A stretch of 56,207 bases of DNA from Octopus sinensis (taxonomy: Eukaryota): contig NW_021833780.1 in NCBI RefSeq assembly GCF_006345805.1, positions 1 to 56,207 of the forward strand, given 5' to 3'. The notes beneath the pieces were generated by a model. It was given only the letters and a program-made list of their open reading frames with translations. It made no database searches and was not told the origin of the DNA. Below are positions 37,625-53,430 of this stretch, piece by piece (position 1 is the first letter of the stretch; the number at the start of each line of letters is the position of its first letter). A program made the translations under genes and the position numbers.

Positions 37625-39380
37625 GGAGTGGCTGTGTGGTAAGTAGCTTGCTTACCAACCACATGGTTCCGGGTTCAGTCCCACTGCATATACATATATG
37701 TATGTATGTGTGTGTGTATGATTGTGTGTCTGTGTTTGTCCCTCCAACATCGCTTGACAACCTGTGGTGGTGTGTTTACGTCCCCGTAACTTAGTGGTTC
37801 GGCAAAAGAGACCGATCGAATAAGTACTAAGCTTACAAAGAATAAGTTCTGGGGTCGATTTGCTCGACTAAAGGCGGTACACCAGCATGGCCACAGTCAA
37901 ATGACTGAAACAAGTAAAAGTAAAAGGGTGCATGCGATGTTATATTGATTTCGCTGTTATTTCTAGCAAATCCAGAGACCATATAAATGTTTTCACATTG
38001 GCTGTAAGGAAGATATTGATGTTGTTCTTGTTATTCTTGTTGGTTGTTGTAGCAAGGAGATGGAGCAAAAGAATGAGTGAAGGAAAGGGTAGTGACACTG
38101 GTGAAAGGGTTGGGGGTGTTCTTAAGTGTGTGGGGGGAGTAGGGGAGAGGAAAGAGTGTAGAGGTTAAGAATCTAACAAATCTCTGACAAATTCAACAAC
38201 ATCCTTTTCACCCTTCTTTGCACTTTGGAGTCACCGGCCATAAAAATTCTGATACCCTTCCACACTACCACCGTCCTTCCCCACCATCACCCATATCACA
38301 CAACGCACACCTCCACTACAACCACCACTGCCACTACCACTACCACTACTATCATCACAATCGTCGTAATTAATCGCAGCAATGCGATTTAAGGCGGCGA
38401 GCTGGCAGAAACGTTAGCACGCCGGGCGAAATGCGTAGCCTTTCATCCTTTCGGGGTCGATAAATTAAGTACCAGTAACGCACTGAGGTCGATATAATCG
38501 ACTTAATCCGTTTGTCTGTCCTTGTTTGATCTCTCTGTGATTAGCCCCTTGTGGGTAGTAAAGAAATAAGTATTTCGTTTGCCGTTACATTCTGAATTCA
38601 AATTCCGCCGAGGTCGATTTTGCCTTTCATCCTTTCGGGGTCGATTAATTAAGTACCAGTTACGCACTGGGGTCGATGTAATCGACTTAATCTATTTGTC
38701 TGTCCTTGTTTGTCCCCTCTATATTTAGTCCCTTGTGGGCAATAAAGAAATAAAAAGCGTTCGCACGCCGGGCGAAATGCTTAGCAGTATTTCGTCTGTC
38801 TTTCCGTTCTGAGTTCAAATTCTGCCGTGGTCGACTTTGCCTTTCATCCTTACGGGGTCGATAAATTAAGTACCAGCTGCGCAATGGGTCGATCTAATCA
38901 ACTGTCCCCATCTCCCATCAAATTTCAGGCCTTCTCCCAATAGCAGAAATGATTATTAAATATTATTATTACAAGCGGATAGAATCATTAGCACGCTGGA
39001 CGAAATGTTTAGCGATATTTCGCCCGCCACTACGTTCTGAGTTCAAATTCTACTGAGGTCGACTTGACCTTTTATCCTTTCGGGGTCGCTAAATTAAGTA
39101 CCAACTACACACTGGCAATCGATTTCCCCCATCTCGCCCTTGACTAAAATTTCAGGCTTTGTACCGTTTCAAGAAAAGATTATTAAATATCAGGAATGCT
39201 TTTATTTGTTTCAGCCATTTGACTGTGGCCATGCTGGAGCACCGCCTTTACTCGAACAAATGGACCCCAGGATTTATTCTTTGTAAGTCTAGTACTTATT
39301 CTATCGTTCTCTTTTGCCGAACCACTATGTTACGGGTATGTAAATACACTAATATCGGTTGTCAAGCAATGGTGGGAGTA

Positions 39381-39420
<40 letters not shown>
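37625..39420. mobile_element. SINE cluster: family 2 (+, 37625-37925), family 1 multimer (+, 38390-39185), family 2 tail (-, 39200-39420)
   Basis: Matches to other copies in the window. Confidence 0.8.
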
Positions 39421-39432
<12 letters not shown>

Positions 39433-40128
39433 CACACACCACACACACACACACACACACCACGCACGCACCACACACATATTGCCCGAAATGGTCATGA
39501 CTTCTGGGACTTGACTGATGAAAGAAAGCCAACAATGACCCGTCTTTTTTTGCCTGTCCTGCTAATTGTTGTTTCTCGTGTCCGCCTTTTCATCGTCTAT
39601 CTGTCCGAACGTTTTAGTTTCCCCTATTGCGTTTTTGTTCCATTTTTATATTCATATATATATATATATGTAAATGTACATACATAGTAATACACATAAG
39701 TTATGAGCGAAGTGTTGTGTCACCCGAAGAAGCACTTCTGCACTGCAGGGTGCATTGGAATTTATTATATTGTTCCCCACGCACAAGGAAGCGGTGCAGA
39801 ATGTACCAAAACGATCGTTGTGATAGATAAAGTTTCTGGTACACTCTATGTTCCGTATCAATTATATCTACTATACTCAACGTGCACCGAGGAACTCCTA
39901 GTGTAGATAAGCGACGCATGTCCATTTATTGTAAATGACGCCAGGTAGTCATAAGAGGTTAACGTGCTCTACCGGCACACTACTAGGGACATACCAAAAT
40001 ACAGTTTAGAGGCTAAATTTGAAATTTAAAATCTAATTATAACTTGGTCAAACACACACTCACATACACATCACACACACAGACACACACACACACACTC
40101 ATACACATAGGAATAAGTCGATACGTTG

Positions 40129-40232
<104 letters not shown>

Positions 40233-40274
40233 GAGATAGATAGACTGATAGACAGATAGATAGATAGATAGACT

Positions 40275-41170
<896 letters not shown>

Positions 41171-41222
41171 ATATATAATATATATATAATATATATAGAT
41201 ATATTATATATTATATATATAT

Positions 41223-41254
<32 letters not shown>

Positions 41255-42017
41255 ATATATATATATAAATATATGTATGTATGTATATACGATTATAAAC
41301 ACTAAGACAAAGAAATACAGGATATAGCAAATAAATTATGTGTGCAAATGTTTGAATGAAGTATTATGAATGTGATGGAGTGTGTGGTGCTGGCGATGGT
41401 GAAGGTACGAAGAATGATGTAGTAGACATTTCGTAGGCGCAAATAATGCAGTTCTCTGCGAGACAACGCATACTTGCCTTCTACCCAGCCATTGATCCTA
41501 CATATTCATCTCACTATGAATTCCTTTTCCACTTATCAAACCCTTTCTCACTCAATACCCTCTCAAATGCCAACTTCCGCTGCCAAATACTGAAATTCGT
41601 GTAGTAGTAGTAGTAGTAGTAGTAAATGCTGTTGTTGTTGTTGCTTTGTTGGAGGTTTTGATGAGGGTTTCACTTATTGCTGTTTAGAGGTTCCAAATCA
41701 ACCATATTTAATCAAGAACACATTGATCAATGTGACTTTTTTTAAGATTGCTACGTGTGAGTTAAGGAAATTTAGTTGCTATTTCTAGCATATCTACCGA
41801 CTACAGAAGATCTAACTGTTTTTGTTGTTGTTGTTAATCTTTTAGTCAGGAGGAAAGACCTTGCACGTAACCCCTTTTCCAAGGTCACCGAAACTGCTAG
41901 GAGAGAGAGAGAGAATGTTATCCTTTGACCGGAAACCTGGAAATGCTTGCAAGTGAGTGGACCCTACTAAAGACACTCAATGTAATCAAGTGGTGGTGTT
42001 AAAAAAGGTGACATATA

Positions 42018-42213
42018 CAAGGTGCGGCAGAAATACCTCCCACATGTCTTGCTAATGAACTTGTGTAAGTGCCAATGATGTTTTTATTTAGCTAATGAAA
42101 AACAAAACTGTAACCCTTTGTTTAAACAACAGCAGAATTAATTTTTCATAAATATTGTTTCTTTTTCCTTTTGTCAACCTTTCAAATGTGGGAGGTATTT
42201 CTGCTGCACCCTG
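42018..42213. mobile_element. Tc1/mariner-type MITE (196 bp)
   Basis: 28-bp TIRs CAAGGTGCGGCAGAAATACCTCCCACAT and ATGTGGGAGGTATTTCTGCTGCACCCTG, flanked by TA. Confidence 0.9.
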
Positions 42214-42529
42214 TATAGCTTATAATCCAAATAGGCCACGGCAGAACTCGGAACACAGAAAGAGCCGGAAAAAATGCTCCGATAGTCTTACTGTTTACTA
42301 ATCTACCGTGCTTGGATTGATCCCTGCTGGAAATAACACATAAATCTCCACGGAATTATATTGTACAGGCTTTAAAAGAAAGATATATTAAAGAAAGGTA
42401 TATTAATGTATACATTGGTTCCGGATCAAGATGAGATGGTCACCACTTGAATGTCTTTGGTTATTGGTTTGCTGGACTAAACCTGCCTAGTGTTGAACAA
42501 CAATAACCTTAACAACAAGTTAATGACTT

Positions 42530-44340
42530 CATATTTTGGCCCATGGCTAGCAATTTTAGGGGTAAGTTGATTACATTGACCTCAGTACTTATTTTATCGA
42601 CCCTGGAAGGGATGAAAGGCAAAACCGACTTCGCCAGGATTTGAATTCAGAATATAGAGGCTCAAAAGAAATACCGTTAAATATTTTGTTCGACGTGCTA
42701 ACGATTCGGTCAGCTCGCTGCCTTTTACTATACCTTAACAAAGGTTTTAAATTTTGGTACAAGGCCAGCAATTTTCGGGGTGGGAGCTAATCGATTACAT
42801 CGACCTCAGTGCTCCATTGATACTTATTTTATCGAAAGGATAGAAGACAAAGCCGACCGCGACGGAATTTGAACTCAGGAAACCGAAACTAAAGACGGTC
42901 GAAATGCCGCTAAGCATTTTTTCCGACACGCTAATGATTCTACTAGTTTGCCGCCTTAACTATAACTTAATAACAATAGTATAAATGTATGTGTGTATAG
43001 GAGAGTGCGAGAGAGAGAGGAGAGAGAGAGAGAGAGAGAGGAAGAAAGAGAAAGGAAGAGATAGAAAGATGTGATGGGCATTGTATTGATTATGTTCGTA
43101 CTGATGATCGTGGGGCGTGGTAGGTGTTAGTGATGCCGCTGTTTGCTTCGTTGTCAGATCTGATCCAACAGGCTTTTTAGTCAAAGATCATCTAGCTATG
43201 TACAGCTTGTCTTTTTATATACCCGGGACAACGTTATCGCAAGTGAAGGCGGGAGACCTAGTAATTGGAGTTGCATTTACGATCGGAAGATCGCGGTTTC
43301 TATTCCCGGTTCCGGAAGTGCGTTGTGCTCTTCAACCAAAATACTTCATTTCACGTTTCTGCAGTTTACTCATCAATAGATGTATAATCCTAAGAAGGAC
43401 ATCCCGTGCCAGAGGGCTGTTGTGACCTTGTTATGCAGCGCTTATATGCCGCGCTGGATTTGAGCGTTTTATTGAGCGAAATAAGCCCGAACTTAAGCCA
43501 TTAAGTATAGTGGGGCACCACAGAAACGGTAAAGGGTTTACGACACAAAGAAAATCACTTTAAACTTGTTAAAATAATATTCAGGGTGCTTAATCTCTAC
43601 TTTGAATAGAAACAGATGTATTATGTAAGATTAGTATCAAGGATCTTATCAAAGACTTTACAATTGAAAAACAAAAATAGAGGAAAACATGTCAAATATA
43701 ATAAAGTGGAAGAATACAAAAAGAAACATTATTTTCCATCTTTCGTCACTACGTTCTGAGTTCAAATCACGCCGAGGTCGACTCTGCCTTTCATTCTTTC
43801 GGAGTCGTTAAATTAAGTACCAGCTGAGTACTGGGGTCGATGTAATCGACTATACCCCTCGCCCAAATTTCAGACCTTTCACCTATAGTAGAAAGGATTA
43901 TATTCTATCTTACTCTTAGTTTGGTTTCATTTTTACTCTTTTACTTGTTTCAGTGATGTGATTGTGGCCATGCTGGAGCACCGCCTTTAGTCGAGCATAT
44001 CGACCCCAGGACTTATTCTTTGTAAGCCTAGTACTTATTCTATCGGTGTCTTTTGTCGAACCGCAAAGTTACGGAGACGTAAACACACCAGCATCGGTTG
44101 TCAAGCGATTCTGGGGGGGGGGACAAACACAGACACACAAACATATACACACACATACATATATATATATATACATACATATATACGACGGGCTTCTTTC
44201 AGTTTCCCTCTACCAAATCCACTCACAAGGCTTTGGTCGCCCGAGGCTATAGTAGAAGACACTCGCCCAACGTGCTACGCAGTGGGACTGAACCCGGAAC
44301 CATGTGGTTCATAAGCAAGCTACTTACCACACAGCCACTC
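42530..44340. mobile_element. SINE cluster: two family 1 (-, 42530-42960), family 1 (+, 43735-43880), family 2 (-, 43930-44340)
   Basis: Matches to other copies in the window. Confidence 0.8.
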
Positions 44341-45287
44341 TTACACCTATTTTGGAAAATAAAAATTTGTTTTATGGTATATTGTTGTTTATATTTTGAA
44401 TTACATATATAAGGAGGCACCAAAACCCTTCAAGTGCTTAGGGCCTTAATTCGGCCCTGCTGAAGCCCAGTAACTGGCCCTATGATTCCTGAGACCTGAG
44501 ATAATACATATTTACTTATGTTATCCCAAGCGTCCTGAAATTTAGCTGTTATTTCTAACAGGTCGAACGAGCGCATAGGTAGTCCCTTCTAGTCAAATGT
44601 TACCGGGGAATGATGTGTACCGTGAAGAATGTATAAAAGGGTGCAATAAAATGGGAGAGCAGAAATGAGGAATATGTAACGGCCGGATATTCATGATGAT
44701 GAGAAGGAAGAGGGTGACGTGGTGGGGGGCGGTGGGTGATTGTGCCTGGTGGTGGTGGTGGTGTTAACGCAAAGAATGTATTTTGATGGGTTCAGTTAAT
44801 AGATGGGAAAATGAAAATGAAAAATCTTCAGGTATGAATAGGGGACAGGTTATGATGAGGATGAGGATGAGGAGGACAAGGATGGGGAGCACGAAGAGGA
44901 TGATGGTTGTAGAGCCCGAAAAGTTATGAAGAGGCAGTGTAAGACAGGATGTGTACAAGTAGTAGGATGCATAAGGGAGGTGAGGGGCGCAGGTATGGAA
45001 GAAGTAGAATGTGAAGAGATAAGTTTGTCAGGTTATTTGTTGGACTGTAGGATTTTGTGTTAGGGAGGAAAAACCTCTACATGGTCCTCGTGTTTGCTAG
45101 AAATAGCAACCAAATCCCCATATGTCGCTTTTTTTTAAGAAACGAAAGGAAACGTTGAATAATAGTCCTAGATACAGTGCCTAAAATGCAGACGGGTTGA
45201 TCACGGTTGGAATGCTTTTGATCATAGGTCTACTCATTCAGGGCTCCTCTCAGTGGAGGACTAAACAGCAACCATAAATGTGATAGT

Positions 45288-47678
45288 GGAGGCGCGTGGC
45301 TTAGTGGTTAAGATACTGGACTCATGATCATAAGATTGTGGTTTCAAATCCTGGACTGGACATTGCATTGTGTTCTTAAGCAAAACACTTCATTTAACAT
45401 TGCTGTGGAGGTCCATAGCTTAGTGGTTAGAGTGTTGGACTCATGATTGTAAGATTGTGGTTTAGATTCCTGGACCGGGCAATACGTTGTGTTCTTGAGC
45501 AAGATACTTCTTTCACGTTGCTCCCGTCCACACAGCTGGCAAAACTGAGTAATCCTGCGATTGACCGGGATCCCGTCCAGTGGGGGATTATATATATATG
45601 CCATGAAAACCGGGAAACCGGTCCTATGGTTCTATATGGCTCGTGAAGGAACTTTACTTACTCCCATAAACGTGATATATGTAAATATACGAAAGGGTGC
45701 TGAAAAGTTCTTGGCTTTAAAGATATCGCGAAAGGCCTGGCTAGAGGCCCAACCTTCCGAATTCTTTTACAGAGAAAACTGAAAGAAAAACCGAAGGACT
45801 GCTGCAATACGTGTCTGCGTCTATTCGTGACCCCATGGACACAAAAACAGTTAACTAAAACATGGTTCACGTTACCAAGCCATACTCGATTGCGAGTAAT
45901 AACTGTAGTTTAGTGATGACTGGTAGCAGTGAAGTAGACACCATTTAACTCAATGGTTTTCATCCGGGGCGCATATGATCCTTCGGGGTTCATATAAGAT
46001 TTTGCAGTTGAAATTTTATTTGCAATAAATTGCTCATACTTCTACAATACACTAAATATTTCTTAAGAAATTTTTAATACAATTCCTCATAAAATATAAT
46101 TATAATAAATATAATAAGAAATCGTTGAAAGGCGGCGAGCTGGCAGAAACGTTAGCACGCCGGGTGAAATGCGTAGCCGTATTTCGTCTGCCGTTACGTT
46201 CTGAGATCATATTCCACCGTGGTCGACTTTGCCTTTCATCCTTTCGGGGTCAATTAAATAAGTACCAGTTACGCACTGAGATCGATATAATCGACTTAAT
46301 CCGTTTGTCTGTCCTTGTTTGTCCTCTCTGTGTTTAGCCCCTTGTGGGTAGTAAAGAAATAGGTATTTCGTCTGCCGCTACGTTCTGAGTTCAAATTCCG
46401 CCGAGGTCGACTTTGCCTTTCATCCATTCGGGGTCGATAAATTAAGTACCAGTTATACACTGGGGTCAATGTAATTGACTTAATCCCTTTGTCTGTACTT
46501 ATTTGTCCCCTCTATGTTTAGCCTCTTGTGGGCAATAAAGAAATAAGAAATCGTTGAATGGTTATGAGGGTCCCGCAGAGTAAAATAGAATCAAAGAGGT
46601 CCATAGACAGAAAATGATTGAGCACCATCAAATTTAGAGAATGCAACATATAACCAAGTTTCTTTTATTATAGCTATGGTCCGATCAAGCCTCGTTTGTG
46701 AAACGGAAGAGATGGAAGATGTACGGAGATCCGTTGGGTATATTTTAGTTGTAAGTCAAAGGATCTAATTTTAATCACATACATCATCACACTGATCTAA
46801 CCTGATGATCACGTTAAAGATGATATCTATGGAACACTCAGCCACCTACATGGTAATACAACGAGCAGATCATTTATTTTATTTGACATAAGGCTCATTG
46901 AGTGAAATTCTAGCCGAAAGCTATTATATTTTATTTTGTGAAGTTGACTGATGGATAAATCTGCGCCCAACTTGAGTTGAAAGTCTCTTTTCTCTCCGAT
47001 GAACAAAGACTCAGTCCTGCAACGTCAAATTACTCTTCTTTTCTATATTATACAGACTGATCCAAATTTCTTTGTCATTTTTATCGATGTAGAACTCTGC
47101 TTTTACGTGGCACTTTTTTTTTTGTCAATAATAGAGGGCATGGCTGTGTGGATCAGAAGCTCGCTTTGCAGCCAGCTGTTTCGCGTTTAGTCCCATTGTG
47201 TGATACCTTAGGGCAAGTGTCTTCTGCTATAACTCCAAGTGAACCAATGTTTTGTGAGTGAATTTGCTAGACGAAAACTGTGTAGAAGCCAGTCGTATAC
47301 GTGTGTGTGTATATGTGTATACACACGCACACATATATACACATGCTGAGACCCCCTTCGGGCATGAATGACCATGGGATTGCACCTAGAAAGTTACCTT
47401 CCCAGGCACAAGTCCGAGGAAGGTTGTTTATAGAAGACCAGCAGTCGCCCATGCATACAGGCCTCCCCTCTCCGCGCCACTGATGTTATCCAAGGGCAAG
47501 GCAAAGGGGCCGATACAGCCTGGCACCTGTGACGTCGCAACTCATTTCTACAGCTGAGTGAACTGGAGGAACGTGAAATAAAGTGCCTTGCTCAAGAACA
47601 CAACACGCGGCCCGGGGGATTCAAACTCACAACCTCACGATCGTAAGCTCGACGCTCTAACCACTGAGCCAGGCCTTC
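45288..47678. mobile_element. SINE cluster: tRNA-SINE with duplicated head (+, 45288-45655), family 1 dimer (+, 46128-46545), family 2 (+, 47135-47300), family 3 (-, 47347-47678)
   Basis: Matches to other copies in the window. Confidence 0.8.
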
Positions 47679-47695
47679 ACACACACACATATATA

Positions 47696-47754
<59 letters not shown>

Positions 47755-47778
47755 ATATATATATAGATATATATATAT

Positions 47779-47818
<40 letters not shown>

Positions 47819-47868
47819 TATATACTATATATATATATATATATATAATATTATATATATATTATATA

Positions 47869-47917
<49 letters not shown>

Positions 47918-49963
47918 GCTTTATTTAAAGCATATTACTCTACCACTGGTATTTGAGTACTCTTTTTCCACCTTGTTCACATTTATGTGTTTACTCCGGT
48001 ATATATATATATATGTATATATATATATAATATATATACATACATGTATAGCATATACATATACACATATACATAGATATATATACATATATATATATAT
48101 TTTATTTTATTCTTTTACTTGTTTCAGTCATTTGTCTGCAGCCATGCTGGAGTATCGCCTTATATACATCTATACACGTGTGGGCTTTGTAGTTGTCCTA
48201 CCACACCACTTAAAAACCGGCGTTGGTTTGTTTACGTCTAATGGAGTAAAGAAACCTACCAACCACTCAGAAATATAACATGGCAACCTAGACGACCAAG
48301 AAATTGACTATCCAGCTGTGCATGGAACACTACCATCCAAAAATAAAAGAGAACAGAAACAGTCATACATACTCAAAAATGATTTTGGTATTTTGGTACA
48401 TGGTCAGCGATTCTCAGGGGAGTGGTCAGTCGATTAATTCGACCCCCAGTGCTTGAACTGTAATAATTTTTTTGACTACGAAAGGATGAAAAGCTAAGTT
48501 GACTTTGTCGGAATTTCAAATCTGAGCGTAAACAACCAGAAAGACTGCTGTAATACGTGTCTGCGTCTATTCGTGACCCCATGGACATAGTTGTCACTCG
48601 CAGTCGAGTATGGCTTGGTATCATGTACCATGTTTTAGTTAACTTGTCCGAGACGCTAATGATTATGCCAGCTTCGCTACTACTACTCCCAAGTCGGGTT
48701 TCGTTAATGTCATACCATGTGCCATTTTTCCATGAGTTTCTTTTAATTGACCCGGATAATTTTAATTTTTGTTGCATTTCTGATGTTCTTCATGTCTTAG
48801 GATGAATATTTATGTGTATGATTTTTTTTCAGATGTAATTCTAGAGAGCCTAAGAGCCAAATTTACCTTATTTTGTCACACTCAATTGTCTTTTGTATGT
48901 TCCAAGAGAACGGAGATAATTTTCTGAAATAGTATTCTGAATGATATTTTTAAATTTATTTATGCGCCCTTTATGGGCCCGGTTTCCCGGTTTCTGTGGC
49001 GTATGTGTTCCTCCCAGCCGGACGGGACGCCAGACTATTGCAGAGTTATTCAAGAAACAGGAAGAGAGAGTGAGAGAAAGTTGGGGCGAAAGAGTACAAC
49101 AGGGGTCGCCACCACCCCCTGCCGGAGCCTCGTGGAGCTTTAGGTATTTTCTGAATGATATAATGTCTTTAATGCATTTAGAACTGATATAGTTTTTGTA
49201 AGGTGTTGTGCATTTGTAAAAAGCATATTTTTTTTCAAAGTCAAAATTGCCGTAAATATTCTGCATTGTACCCCATCCCCGCCTTCGACTAAGAGTCTAT
49301 AAAAATGTGTGATCCCAGCGATAATGGGGGGGGGAGAAATACTGGCAAGTTACAGAGAAGAGTAAACGTGGGATTTCACATGGAAATAAAGGCAAAAGCA
49401 GCGACAAATATATCTTCGGATCGGCTGTCACACAACTTTCTAGCTAAAACAACTTTGTCAGACCCAACACAACGATTTATTTTACTTGGTATTCTATTTA
49501 TTTATTTATTTATTTTCATTCCTTGTTTATTTAATATATTTCGAAAAGTAGAAGTTTTGAGTGTATCTTCGAGATTATAAAACGAGAGTAAATTCTAAGT
49601 TCGGCAGTGAATCTTCTAGAGAATCTGTTTTGACTCGTTGAACTTCACTGTTAGCATTAAAAATAAAAATAAGATATAAATATAAGTATATAAGACAATT
49701 ATAAAAATATAAAAAAAGTGAAGAAAAGAAAGCTATGCGAAGAAAAATAACAAGGGAAAGGAATATATTTGGATTGGAAAGAAAATCTTTGACTTACGTT
49801 TTTAAGAGAGGTTGGGCTATAGAGGGGTCTCTCCTAATAGACAGAGGGAAAGCTCTCTTCAATAGGGACTAAGTTGTTTTAAGTTGTTTTACTTCGAAAG
49901 TGTCTGACTGTGGGGGGTAAAATAGCTCTCGGATTGTATGGATTGGGTGTGTATGTTTGTTTA

Positions 49964-49998
<35 letters not shown>

Positions 49999-50138
49999 GT
50001 TTGAGAGTGTGTGTATGTGAGTGCATTTGTAGAGTTGTCAATGTTTGTCTGTGTGCTTTTGTGTATGCATGTGTGTTGTGTGCTGTGTGTGTATTTGTCT
50101 TCCATCTATTTTGTGTGCTTCTTTTTGTCTCTCTCTTT

Positions 50139-50181
<43 letters not shown>

Positions 50182-51072
50182 ATATATTATATTAGTATAT
50201 ATTATGCAGTATAAATACATATATATTCACATCTATATTCACAGTGAAAATAGAGGCGTCCACCGCATTACGGAAAGTCTGTTTACAGAATTTCGCACTG
50301 TGGAAATTGCAAAGTATGACCATTGATCCCAGGATACGTTCTGGATTTCGCTTTTACGGAAATATGACTAAAGCTAAAATCACATTATGCAGGCATATAT
50401 AAATTGCAAAAGCATAAAAGCCTTTAAAATCAATAGTGGGGAAAATACGTGAAAATTACATCAAAATATTAACCATAGAAGCAGTTATTCTGTCAAGTAC
50501 CAGGACATTAAATTTTCTTTTCATAAATTACTAGTCTTAATAGTGAATGCGTTTTTTAAGGCGTTTTTTAAGGCGTTTTCGTGTTCTGAGCTTAAATCCT
50601 GCTCTGATTCCCTTTGCCTTTCATTCAATCGGGGATCGATAAAATAAGTACCAATTGAGTACTGGGGTCGATGTAATGGACTTACTCTACCCGCGAAATT
50701 GTTGCACTTGTGCCAAAGTGTGGAAATAATATTGAATGGTTTTGCGAGTGTAGATGGAGTTAATGTGTTAAATAGTTAATTGCTTTAACTATAAAAGACG
50801 TGAAATAAAACCAGTGTGTGTGTCAAATATTAGCATAATGTCATTCGAGATACAGGAAAATCTGTTTCATCATACGAGATCACATCAAGGATCTTGCAAA
50901 CCAAATACAGAAACCAAACAACAAACACATACATATATATAAGCAAATGTTCATATATGTGTATGTATATAATAATATACGTATATATTAGTATATATAC
51001 AATATACTTGCATACGCACATGCACGCATATATACATGCATACACACACACACACAGATAGATAGATAGATA

Positions 51073-52900
51073 TGTTTCTTTATTAGCCACACAGGGCTGC
51101 ACACAGATAGAACAAATTACAAGGTAGAGCTTTTCTTTTGAAGGTTTAAAAAAAAAAAAAAAGGAAGGGGGAGTTTCGATCAAAAGGGATCGTAAAAGGA
51201 GAGAAAGAGGACAAAAAAAAGGGGGGTTAAAAAAAAAGGGGGAGAGGAAAAAAAATTGATCAATAGGGATCGTTATCACAGAAATGTCAATATGAAGTGT
51301 AAAGGGGAGGACAGGTGAGGTTTACCCGTGGAAAGAAAAGCCTACGGAAAAGACCACGGTAACCTCGGTCAATGAAGTCACATTTTATATTTCTTTTTTT
51401 TTTTTTTTGCAAATAAGCAACTCTCTGTTTTCGATTTCTGGGTTCATAGGACTATGCTCAAGGTGGCTTCGTCATTCATACGTGCCATTCTTGCTACATT
51501 CACCCATCTTTTTTTAAAACATTCGCTAGACAAAACTTGCCTCTCTACTCTCACTTTCCTTTTCAAGTGGTACTTGAAGAAGTTGATGAGAGATTGACCA
51601 GAGAGGAAAGTGTTTGTCTCCAATCCTTTCAGACGCGTCCACCAGATACATTCTTTCGCCATAGCCACAAGGATGATGAAAATAGCTCTTCCTTCCCGTT
51701 TGAAGGAAGGAGGCGTGACAATATTGACGATAGACTCAGCTGATAAACCGACTCGTCCCCACGTGACAGCAGTTGTTCGACATAAGCCCACAGGTCGGAA
51801 ATTGATGGACACTGCACGAGTGCGTGCAGAACGGTTTCGTCGCTCTGACGCATCTCGGGCAGGTCGGCCCCGTGTTTCTCGAGCCGTGTCTGTAGAGCTT
51901 ATCCCGAACGGGTAGCGCTTCTCGATAGCACTGCCAGGCCAGGGATCTCTGGAAGTTGTCCATGGGCCCTAGCCCGAAAGTCGTCCTGAACAGGCGGGTC
52001 AGGTACTCCTCGTCGACGTCCAGGTTCGCCCCGAGCTCGTCGTCGTACCTCCCCTCCACTAAACCCCTATAGAATGCTTTGGTTGTGTTGAAGTCACTCA
52101 AGGTCGACCCAGGACGGCAGAGTTGCTTGAGAGCAACGCGACACTCGCGGTGCCATTCGCCCTTCCTCGGCCTCTTTTTGATCCACGACTGCAGTTCGGT
52201 CATGGAGACGAGCTGCGGGAAAGCGTGCCTCACAAACGGCGACCACACCTGTTCACCGTCGTCTACATAGAGCCAGAGATGTCGCAGTCTCAGCGCGTGT
52301 CTGCGCATCATCAACCACGGCATGCCCAGCCCTCCTTTTAACGGGTGTTGACAGCAAATGGATCGCCTGACCATCGGGACGCATCCTTTCACAAGAAGCC
52401 AAAGAGGATGCGTTGTAGTTTGGTGATGGTAGGGTCGGGACAAGGTACGACGGTCAGGCGGTAGTAGATGACGGACGCGATGTACGTGTTCGCCACCTCG
52501 CTCGACCTTTTAGGGACAGTTTCCTCTCGGCCCATTGCCGGGCGAGAGTGACCACCCTACTCGTTATCTCGTTCCAGTTCTTCTCCACTTGGAGGTCCGG
52601 ACCAAACCAGACCCCGAGCAACTCAACCGGGCCGTCGGTCCAGCGTCCCACGACGGAGGCGCTGGTGGACGGCATGGGCTTGCTTCTCCAGGTGCCTAGT
52701 CGCAAGCCCACTGACTTTTCCCGGTTGATTTTCGCTCCTGTCACCGCTTCGTAGTTTTTCAGTGTCTCGCCGACCAGCTCGATGTGCTCGTGGCTAGACA
52801 CTATGACGGTGACGTCGTCCGCGTATGCAGACACGCTCGTCCCGCATCCCAATTCTCGCGGGATGCCCCTTAGAGTCGCCAGCTTCCGCAGTAGTGGCTC
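51073..52900 (-). mobile_element. 5'-truncated Tx1-clade (L1-like) non-LTR retrotransposon in a (TATC)n tract
   Basis: RT and C-terminal domains, a T-rich 3' UTR and AATAAA at 51079-51084. (GATA)n abuts both ends. Confidence 0.85.
51444..52900 (-). pseudogene. Tx1-like ORF2 fragment (RT C-half and Cys/His zinc-binding domain), frameshifted
   Basis: SAYADDVTV, GAKINREKS, LLGVWFG, WAERKLSLKGR, GGLGMP, ALPVR..CPRC..ETVLHALVQCP. About four short frameshifts. Confidence 0.9.
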
Positions 52901-52932
<32 letters not shown>

Positions 52933-52948
52933 AACAGATATAGATATA

Positions 52949-52992
<44 letters not shown>

Positions 52993-53014
52993 CATATGTG
53001 TGTGTATGTGTGTG

Positions 53015-53430
53015 TGTGGCTGTGTGGTATGAAGCTTGCTGTGTGGTAAGGCGGCGAGCTGGCAAAATCGTTAGCACACCGTCCAAAATGCGTAGCCGTA
53101 TTTCGTCTGTCATTAAGTTTTGAGTTCAAATTCCGCCCAGGTCGACTTTGCCTTTCATCCTTTAGGGGTCAATTATATAAGTACCAGTTACGCACTGGGG
53201 TCGATACATTCGACTTAATCCGTTTGTCTGTCGTTGGTTGTCCTCTCTGTGTTTAGTCCCTTTTGGGTAGTAAAGAAATAGGTAAGAAGCTTGCTTTCTA
53301 ACCACATGGTTCTGGGTTCAGTCCCACTGCGTGGCACCTTGGACAAGTGTCTTCTACTATAGCCTCGGGCCGACAAAAGCCTTGTGAGCGGATTTGGTAG
53401 ACGGAAACTAAAAGAAGCCCGTCGTATATA
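53015..53430 (+). mobile_element. SINE family 1 (about 53048-53283) nested in the head of a SINE family 2
   Basis: The family-2 head is split at GTGTGGTAAG, and GGTAAG occurs on both sides of the insert. Confidence 0.8.

Noticed and set aside
52901-53113. N-terminal extension of the 219-aa RT ORF
   Set aside because: It is read-through of SINE and microsatellite sequence upstream of the truncation point.
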